This document shows, one piece after another, positions 54,124-64,000 of a stretch of DNA of 64,000 nucleotides. A model generated the notes under the pieces. It made no database searches. It saw nothing but the letters and a program-made list of their open reading frames with translations, and was not told the DNA's origin. The first letter of the stretch is position 1. Every line of letters starts with the position of its first letter. Both the position numbers and the translations under genes were made by a program. Location of the stretch: NCBI GenBank assembly GCA_973851085.1, contig OZ316775.1:11656001-11720000 (forward strand), given 5' to 3'. The stretch comes from Ptychomitrium polyphyllum (lineage: Eukaryota).

Positions 54124-55614
54124 TCTTGCGCCTCTCTCTGGCCTGTCGGCTTATCTACCATCCTCGTCCGCCGCCTCCACCGTACAAGCGCGCAGACACA
54201 GAAACCTGCCACCACTTCCCACCCAGTAATACAAAAGTTTCAGCACCAAAACCACCAAAAGAAGCTTTACTTGACACTCATCTCCTCCCCTAAGACAAAG
54301 TACAAAGTCCTGCCACCACTCGCTCCCTAATAAGCACAAAGCGAGCTTCAAATTGCGCCTGCAAAACAAAAGGCCAACACCAACTCTGTCTCCCTAACCC
54401 AAAATTCCACCGTCGACCAGCCAAACTTATAATTCGAGGAAGAAGCGCACATCAGACTTAACGCAAACCCCTCAAGCTAAATTCCAAAAAACACGACAGC
54501 GACCAATCGAGAAGAAACAAAAATCACGAACGCACCACATTCCTCTGTTCTACACTATCACCAACCCGTTTATCTCCACAACCTCATGACTAAAACTGAA
54601 TCCCCAGCAGCAGCTTGGATTCCGAAACCAAACTGCTACGTCCACACCCACCACTTCACATCATCAACCTAGCTGCCGGAACTTCATGGTGCACTCTCAC
54701 CATAGCAGTTCGAACTTCGAAGGACGCGATACTTCGAAAGGCTGAGGTATCCACGAAGTAAATGCTTTTTAGGGGAATGTTCCTGTTGAGAGAGATGATG
54801 ATTATGCTGATATCCCCTCGCTGCTTTGCCGCTACCTCTCCTTCCTCATTTGGAAGCTTCCCAGCATAGTTTCCTGCTTTTTGTGAACTTCATCCTTTGT
54901 TAGACTCCATCGTCCATCCCTTACACTGCTCCAGACTAACTCCATGATACAAATACCACTATCCTAACAACTGGGGTTCGACTTGGATGGATAAGTGCCA
55001 ATAGTTCATCAACAGAGCAGTGACAGTGGGGTTTGAGGTTTGCAAAGGCACCCTGAATTTAGCATGATCCGACCTAGTTCTGGAGGTCTACAATTCCTCA
55101 TCAAACTAGATGCGATTCTTTTCTGTCTTGTATTCTGATTCTTTTGCCGAACAACGAGCCTTTCTGCGTCTACTGAAGACAGAACGTAAGAGAATATAAC
55201 TTAGTGAAGAGAGACGGAGCTCCTGGATTTCCTGAAACACGTAGTTCCGGATGTGTCGCTCATGCTGCCCCTTCGCACCCATTCACTCGTCTCCTTCATC
55301 ATCCTCCCTTCGGCATCTTCATCGTCCTGCCGGTCAGTATCACAACCCCGTTTCTCCACTGTGCACCATTATCTGGGTTTTTAAATCTTCTTTGAAATTG
55401 GAATGCAATGCAGCTTGCCGATGCAATGACGTAATCATTGCAATTTACCTGCTCTGAGGCTGAAGGAAAGCTTTACAACTTTGCTGAGGTCCCAATGGCA
55501 ATCCTTCCGTTCTCTGAGGGGTCTCAGACAAGACCATTGGGCATGAGCTTGGAGAGAGTAATACAGCGAATTTGAGGGCCGGCAGCTTGGGGTCGGAGGA
55601 ATCCTTTTCCAAAG

Positions 55615-57769
55615 ATGGACTACTTAACTTTGACTATTCAAGATTACCAGCCGATCCTTGTGGGAGCAGGGTGTCTGGCGGTGGGGTACATGTACGGGAG
55701 ACATTGCAGGGCCGTAATTGAGAATCAAGTTGATGCCCCATCCACGTCAGATGCAGCTTGCTGCGCGCAGACTGAGAGTTTCAACTACATCTCAGATCAT
55801 GCTGCAGTGGATTCCAAAGCTATGGCGATGAAGCGTCCATCTGAATCAGATTTGGTAAGAAACCAAAATTTCGGTTACACCAAAATTTGCAGAGACTCGA
55901 TGAAATTTTCTTTCCCATTCTTTATCAAGAAGCCGCGGCTGAAGTCACTGAGAATTGAAGCATTCTTTGAAGCCACTGAGACGTCTTCTGCTAGAAGAGT
56001 CTTGATTCAGGAAACATGTACCCTTTCAGTGCTTCCACATCACTGCGTGACGGTTGCATTGACATGACTTGATGTCTTCGATCCGCGCTTCTTCCACAAA
56101 GTAAGTACGGCTCAATAACAGCATGTAGTCACATTGTGCCTCGATGCTGTAGAGAAGTGTAGTGTAACTGACTCTCATTTCGTGATCCACACTCTACAGC
56201 TCCGTCCAAGCCTTCTCTGCCAAGCAAAGCTTAGGTTTTAAGGGTTCACTGAATCTTTCAGGGTTTTAGATTTGCTGGACGCGAATCTGTAAGGGATGAC
56301 TAACTAACCTCATGAGACCTTTACAGATGCCAAAGGAGAGGGAAGACATGATTTGGGCTCAAACGACTTTCAAGGTTGTCGTCTTTTTAACACTGCCTTT
56401 CAAGTTTTGAGTCCTCGCTTTAGCCTTTACAATGCATTTAAGTCAAGGTGAGTATCTGACATCAATCTGTTCACAGAAACGAAAGAGTGGACCGCTGAGG
56501 CGGGAAGTAGTCAGTACCAAGGTAGAGCCAGGGCAAGACAGTGATGACGAAATCTTGGCCCAACGACTGGAGTACTTTTCAAAGTGCACCTCTGAAACTC
56601 GAGCATCCATCAATAAGCCGAGAGAGAGCGAGGAAAAGCCCACAGCGGATCATGTGACAAACAGCTGCGAAGTCAAGAGTGCTCAAGACATAACCACAAA
56701 CTTGCAGAAGGTCGTGTCCAAGGGCGCGACAAGATCCTTAAGTGGGCTTGGTGCATTAGCTACTCCACTTGATGACAATATTGATGATCATCATGGCGAG
56801 AGCTCTCTGGAAGACACATGCAGATCACCCAAGACATTGTGCCTGGAGTGCAGCGCTGGTGCCGAACAAGACGAGGTGCTTGAACGCGGATGCCAGGTCG
56901 AGCTCATTAGATCCATAGTGCAAACAGAGATCGTAATCGTTCCACGTGCGGAACCCTCGACCAAATTTGTCACCGTAAACTATGCTGTGATAAATGGTCC
57001 TTTAGAGGAAGACCTCGGAAACGACATGTCGGTGGGCTTGAAGGATTCGGATGACCAAACTATGCTACTTCCCAACGAATCATACGATAGTCCGGATGCA
57101 AGAATGGAGGTGGATGCACACAAACATGCCGACACAGCGATGCTTCAGAGCCAGCAGAGCTGCACACGACTTGAGCTTCCCACAAGTCCACCGCCAGAGC
57201 TACTTCATGGTTAGAATCCACAACTTCACAATTCCTACAGGAAACCGATAACACACCAACAACTGGATCCGTCACATAAGTGTAGTAAACCCTAAATTTC
57301 TGTCTGCCAAATCTTGGTGCAGTACAAGACCGGTGTGTGGGGGAAAAGGAAGTGCCATTGCACAAACTGCTTAAGGCAGAAATCTACTCGCTGCTTCACG
57401 CAACAGACTGCAGCAAGGTAGCATGTCGAGTTACCACTTTCATTCCATCAAACCCTATCCACCGCATTGTAACTGCGTAAGCATGTCTCCGTTTCGTCCC
57501 CATGCAGGTATCACTTGAGGATGTTCTTTCTCTGCTAGCTATGTCAATACAGTTGATCTTATCAACCGTAAGATGCTCACCTCCAGGTTCTGAGGATGTG
57601 GATTGCGTGGTTAGGCGCAGAGGCGAAACCCAAGGTGGTGCCTCGGAAAGGCAAAGCCCATCTCGTTCCGTTGGTTCGGGAAGTTGTCGGCATTAGCAAG
57701 CTCCTGGAGGAAGAGAAAGCTCTGGAGGCGTCGGAGCAAGGCCAAGCAGGTGGCAGTGCCAGCAGCTGA
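55615..57769 (+). CDS. Multi-exon protein of unknown function
   Basis: First exon 55615-55854 (donor GTAAGA); large acidic exon ~56450-57209; 57380-57417; last exon 57587-57769. The last three splice in frame. Middle exons uncertain. Confidence 0.6.
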
Positions 57770-59065
57770 ACCAGAGACGTCGTGCCTTGTGTAGCGGTGA
57801 TTAAGAAATTAGATGCTACACGAACCAGTAAGTCCGGATTTCAAGGCACTGATTAGTCAGTGTTAAAATCGGAACTGCGTTAGAGACTTACCGAATTGCA
57901 GTAGGATTGATGTCAATGAGAGTACAGTCTTGGTTTCAAAACTCTTTGACAAGAATTTGTAGCAGATACTGCTGGCGTTTTCCCGGATCTGGCTACAACA
58001 GTGCACTCCTGGTTGACAGATTATTGCCACATGATTTGAAATTTTGTGCATGTATCAATACTAAAATAAAAGACGTAACTCATATAACATGTTTTGCTTA
58101 CTCCAAGTCTGCTGTGGTGTAAGTTCTGAAAGCCACACTGCAATTAAATCATTTGAGTATTGCTAACGTCTTGATTTTGAAAGCCAATGGAGTACCGCTA
58201 AACTAACTAGCTGACTATCAGGCTAGGGATAATTATACAAAATCGACATCGTTAAATGTTAGTTAAAAGCTGCATGAAAAATCATCGGGCAACAACCAGA
58301 TGAATATTGGTCTGAACGTCTGAATCTCAACTGAATCTTAGTGCAAGTCTAAGATGGAATCCAACTTCCAATCCCCGAAGCCACCCATTATCTTCGGTCC
58401 GTATTTATAATCAGTCCCTTTCATGTAATGCCTTGCACAGACTAGGAGACCTGCAGTACAATCATAACGGAGATTGATGTCTCAAGGGTCCTACACATGA
58501 CTGGGCCGTATTGCTACTCCATGCATTCAAATGAGTAACCAAACTGGTTTAGATCTACTTGAAAATGCACTCAGTAAGCATTGGACATAGCAGTGGCTAC
58601 ATGGAATGTCAATGACTCGTACCAGATGATGACAGCAGAAGCTGGAGTTCCAATAGCTTTTGTCCAGGCGAAGCTTGAAAAGAATCTCTATTGAGCCCAG
58701 TATTGTACTACTTGCTATTATAATCGTGTCCTTTAAACCCAGCAAATCTTCTGATGACCTGAAGGAAGGTGACATGTTCCTGTCAGAGCCTATGAAGCAT
58801 TGAACAATACGCTTACAAATCCTAAACCCTAGATGACATTGCCAAAGAAGCAAGGTTTAGAGAAACACAATTTAAAGAAGAGGTTATCAGGAATAAAAGA
58901 GAGAAAGGGAGCGAGGAACGGCCACATTCCAAAATTACAACCTACCCTCTAAAGTATAAATCTATGAAAATGCTTACAAGTGAGTGAAAACTGTCAGGGT
59001 ATTTGTTAATATAGAAATATCAGCGAGCTATAATTCATACAGAAGTTTAAGCTGGATCTGCGGAC

Positions 59066-62000
59066 CTAGTATGCTGGGAACGAATGCTCAAAAATGTCAC
59101 TTAAAACTTGTTCATGTTCTTGCCCTTGCATTTGCTCTTGCTCTAATTCTTGTTCTTGTTCTTCTCCGTGCTCTTCGTTGTAATCAATCTCATTAACATC
59201 CCCAATATCCAGCTTTCCTCGATGAATCCCTGCAACGTAGCCACAAGTCCACAAATTCACATGGAGAAGTCGTATTTGACATTGAAGCCAACAGTTGCAG
59301 AAAGAAGGTTACTCAAAATAAGCTCAAATAAAGGGGACCTTGGAGCCACCAAATGATAAGCAAATGTTATATCTACATTCAATGACGAAACTTCTTACTT
59401 TCAAGAGCTGTCAGTTCTTGCAGGGAAGCCACAAAGTCATCCCAGGATATGCCCTTTAGTTCTTCCTTCATATCATCAGGCAATTCATCATTTGTCTTGC
59501 GTCCAACCACAAACGCCGCTCTGCATACATGTCATTTTGAAACGTCGCTCTAAACAATAGGAGATTGCCGTGAATGTTTCATTTGTAGTTACCAGAATGC
59601 TGGAGAGAATATAGTTGACCTCAAAATAAGCACAAGAACGAAGCATCCCACTCACTTCACCAACTTACCGATCATAAAGGCGCCCAGCCTCTTCCTCAGA
59701 GTGGCATTTTCCTAAGACGATATGTTGCCCCTTAACTGTGATAGTAGCAACAAACTTCTTATTTTTGTTGTGGGTCGTTTTAACTCCACGCAACAAGCAC
59801 CGTTTCTCCTTTTGCTGCTTCGGCGGAAATTTCGATTTCTTAGGCTCTTCTTGTCCGCTGGCTGTTTGCACTCTCGGTATGAAGAGATGTTAAAAAATAA
59901 TCACAACCCGTTCTAGGGTTTAATTTCAGTATTTGACATTCTCCGTACTCGGGAGGAAATCAGGAACAGACACCAAAATGATAAGTGATTCAAAGTTTTC
60001 AAAAGAAAAATGCACCTTCCGCAATTATCACGTGAAGTTCATCAAACATAAAGAAGACCAACCACACAAGATACACAATGTGCTAAATGTAACTAACTCT
60101 AAATCCATGTAAGCTAACCTTTCTTCTTGCCTGCAAAAGCTTCCTCTCCGACAGGAAGTGATTCTGGTGCACCTGGTAGAGGAGCAGTTGCCCCTCCCAA
60201 AAAGCCCCTAATCAGAAAGATCGAAGACAAAGCTAAGAAGAGATTACAAAACCCCTATAACACAGAAAGATGTCAGATCACTAGGAATTATGAAACAGGC
60301 CACTAAATAAGTGTTTGAAAACACCAAAAATAAAAGCAACTACAGCGATTTTGGAACCCCTTTAGGTGAGAACTCCAGCAAATTCAGGATACTACAAGAG
60401 CGATTTACTAACATAGCAAACTTGAAGTGCATATCAAATCTGGGTTATAAACTTTGAACTGAAGTATTAATCAACATTTGAGAACGAAAAAAATAAAAAA
60501 GTACAACGAGTCTCTGAAATTGAAGAGTTGAATTCGTTACCTTGGTAACATGGGTGATACATATGCAGGAACATCATAAGGAGGTCTTGCCACCATGGGC
60601 ATGTCGTAAGGTCTTTGACCTCTTGGGTAAGGAAAGACTGCACTCTCATATCCTACTGGACGGAACGAGTGACCAGGCATAGGAGCTCCGTGCCAGTACA
60701 TTGGCGTCCCAAACGGGGGAACCCCATTAAGTTGCATACAGGGTTCTGCAAGCAAAAGAGAGTTAACAGCATGTAAACCAAACAAAAATGCACAATAGCC
60801 ACACGTGAGAAAGTGAGCTGAAGTAGGGTTCAATATTTGAACTGCTCATAATCACTAACCGGCCATTCGATCCGTTCCTCTTTTCACACCTTCGTCATCA
60901 ATGCTCTCATCTTCGTCAGTTTCAGATTTAATAATTTCTTCATCAAACATATGTACACTGTCATCATTCGGTTGTTCGGAGTCCGTCTCTACAGCGAACA
61001 TAGTTCACAGTGAGATATTAGACTACACAAAATCATCATAAAAGAATGAGACGAGGGCGAACTCAGAATGGTCGGTGCTGTGTTGAACCTGACCTGGTGA
61101 AAACTTCATCTTCTTAGTGGGGGATTGCCCGGGCGGATCTGTGAGTTGCTCGTAGAGTTCCAATAGTAATCCAGGATTCGATTCTGTGAAGACTTTGTAC
61201 TCAGTGAAGCTCGAAAGTTCTCCCAACCTTCTAGCTTTCTCAACGACGGCCTCTCTACAACCGCTCGAACAGTGTCTCTTAGCCATGTCAAACATGTTGA
61301 TAACGTTGTCTCTTGTCACTCTCTTCACCAAAGAATCCTCGCACACCAATGTAAGAAAATGTACGTTGTATTTCTGGGCTGCCTCCAGTAGAATTTTGAA
61401 ATGGTTGGCTAGAATGCTGGAACTGATCCAGCCAGTGTAGAAGAAGGTAATGAATGCTTTCAATGCTTCATACGGCATATCGACGTTCCAAACAGCCTTG
61501 CCGTCCGAATCTGCGCGAAACATCGCTTCTAACTCTATTGATTTTGCAGCCTGCAGTCCAGCTTCCAAAATCCCTTCCTCAATAGGTAGCAGTCCATAAG
61601 TGTTAAACAATGAAGATTCTAGGTGATTTTCTCTCAAAGCAGAAACAAACGCGTTGAACTTTAGAAACACAGAAATGCAATAGCAAGGAGTAGGGACATT
61701 GAATTATATTGAACCACTTATGAGTTCGGATTTCTAGTCAACGATGGCGCTGAACGATAGCTACGTTGGCCATTACTACATGCTCTTGCATTTTTGAACA
61801 ACGTGAACTCACGACAATATATAAGAAAAACCAAATTCATCGAAGAACGTCCCAAACTTCATTTTGAAATTTCCTCGTGATGAATAAGAGATTGATATTT
61901 TCAGATCTTCGAAGGAAAAACTCTGCTTCAGAAACTTCAACGAGAATCGCATCAAGTAGATAACGACTATCCCAATTAATTGAGAATTGAGATACCAATC

Positions 62001-62350
62001 GCCAATCCTCTACGTCGGACTATTTACTGCATCATGCACTGAACTGCTTCATACAAATGGACCAGCTAGCAGAAACTGACCAGAACAGCCTTGTGAGCGT
62101 GCACCCCATCGCCATCTAAGCCTTGAAACTCAACGTCCACAAAAGAACCTTCCACATCAGCCCCAGCAAATATCTCTGCCTTCCATGAAACCAAGAAATC
62201 GCGCTGCTGCTCTAGCTCCTTCACCTGCGCGCGTAGACTGGCCACGACTTCGGCCGCGGCTCTGGCTCTCACCTTCAAATTATCTCTCCGCTTTACAGTT
62301 GAGGAATCCAACAGCAGCCCCACGTCAGTGACATCCCCTTTCATGGCCAT
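59066..62350 (-). CDS. Putative BTB/POZ plus AP2-domain protein, 8 exons
   Basis: Exons 62350-62081, 61550-61094, 60988-60860, 60745-60541, 60207-60119, 59870-59669, 59520-59399, 59229-59066 are phase-compatible. BTB: FVDVEF..VHAHKAVL|AAKS..AMF..FFYTG..AAQKYNV..LVCE. AP2-like: LRGV..FVATITVKGQHIVLG..EEEAGRLYDR|AAF. Confidence 0.72.
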
Positions 62351-63081
62351 GCCGGCTCTCCTACTCCTCACCACTCACGTCATACTCCCTTTAACCCGGA
62401 GGCCCCATCTACAGAATTTGCTCGAGAAGAACCAGAAATCAAGCAAAGAAGCTCCAAACTCAGGATGGTGTCTGTGCAAGAAAATGGGAAGAGCTGCACT
62501 TGCAACTGAAGAGGTATTAGAGACGACAGTTCTCAGTGAAATCAAGTGCTAATTTGTTGGTGGCCCCATCAGTTCATCACGGTTATTATAACAGACAGCT
62601 GCCAAGAAGGGACATCTGGGTAGTGTACAGTGAATCCTCCAGACTTATTTAAGAAGCGTAACAATGAATGATGAACCAAGACGTCAAACCAACAACTGAG
62701 TCACCGCCTTCTACATCACTGCGCATGACAGAACTACTTGATACTTATGGGGTAACTTGGCTGACGCTACCTCTCAGCGCTCTCGTACGTACACGGCCAT
62801 GTATATTACATTGTCTTTCCTATTCGAAAGGGCGCCATCTCTAAAACGACATATGAACCAACATTTGGCGATTGACTCTAGAATCATGCAGTGACCTTGC
62901 GAAATCATAAGGCATAAGTCACAACTCTTGAGAGCAGCGTTCTACTTAACACTCTCAAATAGTAATGAGCTTATGTGAAGAAACTTGCCCCGCCGTTTTG
63001 GTACCTCGAAGTTCATCGCGACCTTAATACACCGAAACAGATCCCCAGGAACCTGCCCAAAGCGGATAAGAACATTCGGCA

Positions 63082-63687
63082 ATGGCAGAGTACACTAATG
63101 TTGCAACTAGTGGCCACTGCTGTAATTGGGACAGGCCCATCCATGAAGGCTCGGACGTGGTCGTGTTCCGAGAGGGTGAAGTGCGACACTGCGCAAATAA
63201 TCCAGATTGGGTCACTCACGAGCAACTTAAGGGCATTCCATCGGAGCACCGGAAGCAGTTCCGAGAACAGAAGATTACGCAGTGGTTGGAAACGTCGGTA
63301 CCAAGAATCCATGGGGAAAATTTCAGGAACTATATAAAAAGATGCTATGCAGCTGCGGAGCTCGAATTGAAGCAAGCGAAGCGGATGCACATCGGCGATG
63401 AGTATATCCACGCTCTGGACAGGTTCGTTTTCCGCCTCTTCATGGGCTCCCGCTCCAAGCAAAGAGTAAAGGGCATCAGCTGGGGGATTGCCATCGAGGA
63501 GCTCATGCTGCAGTTGCTGCGAGAGGAGTGCTTGGAGCAATACGAGGATGGTTATTTGCAGCTGGAGAAGAGGTTGTGCCGCAACCCCACCGTTTTCCCC
63601 TGGCCGCCTAAGAAGAATATGGAGAATTTTGAGTTTACAAAAATCCCTCCTCAGTTGGAAACCATCACCAGAATGGATTCTCGCTGA
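63082..63687 (+). CDS. Hypothetical 201-aa protein, no recognised domain
   Basis: 606-nt open frame, GC-richer than its flanks, with a good ATG context (gcaATGGca). No family recognised. Confidence 0.55.
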   Translation: MAEYTNVATSGHCCNWDRPIHEGSDVVVFREGEVRHCANNPDWVTHEQLKGIPSEHRKQFREQKITQWLETSVPRIHGENFRNYIKRCYAAAELELKQAKRMHIGDEYIHALDRFVFRLFMGSRSKQRVKGISWGIAIEELMLQLLREECLEQYEDGYLQLEKRLCRNPTVFPWPPKKNMENFEFTKIPPQLETITRMDSR

Positions 63688-64000
63688 TAATTGCTATCAC
63701 CTACTACACCTACAGCATCGACCCTCAACTCTCTCCACTTATTAAAACGATCTAAAGTAACTGTGATTTCAATGGAAGAAATGCTCTTCAATCCATACTG
63801 ACACGAGTAATCCCAAATACTAAGACTGATTACTAAGTTAGAATTGGCTTGCTCTTTTATTAAACAAGACAGTATTCTGGATACAAGGTTGTAAGAGAGA
63901 GTGGCTGCTTCATTTCCAAATGGTAGGATCCCCAATGCCTTCTCTATAATCGGTAGGATGGCTGGAGTCGATCTCCCTCTCCCAGGCCCTCTTGGATTTC

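Noticed and set aside
63013..63540. 175-aa minus-strand ORF and other antisense ORFs over real exons
   Set aside because: Shadow frames of GC-rich coding sequence on the opposite strand.

Overview
Eukaryotic plant nuclear DNA, most consistent with a moss such as Physcomitrium (inferred from the gene set, Tcn1/Tf1-like chromoviruses and intron style). Layout: last exon of acetylglutamate kinase (353-895); a decayed, nested Ty3/gypsy chromovirus cluster (~4.8-18.1 kb); a multi-exon TRIM37-like RING-Bbox-coiled-coil-MATH ligase (25.7-31.9 kb); RPL23A; a class III peroxidase; a Ty1/copia remnant; APC11; an AHL/HAL2-type PAP phosphatase; two genes of unknown function; and a gene that appears to fuse a BTB/POZ domain to a soloist-type AP2 domain. 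Best observations: (1) APC11 needs a single-nucleotide exon (A at 48990) after a U12-type intron; (2) the apparent BTB-AP2 chimera; (3) Tf1-style self-priming sites in two retroelements with a compensatory base change; (4) a complete TRIM37 architecture in a plant. Exon boundaries and similarities were read by eye and from memory of the families; no searches were run.
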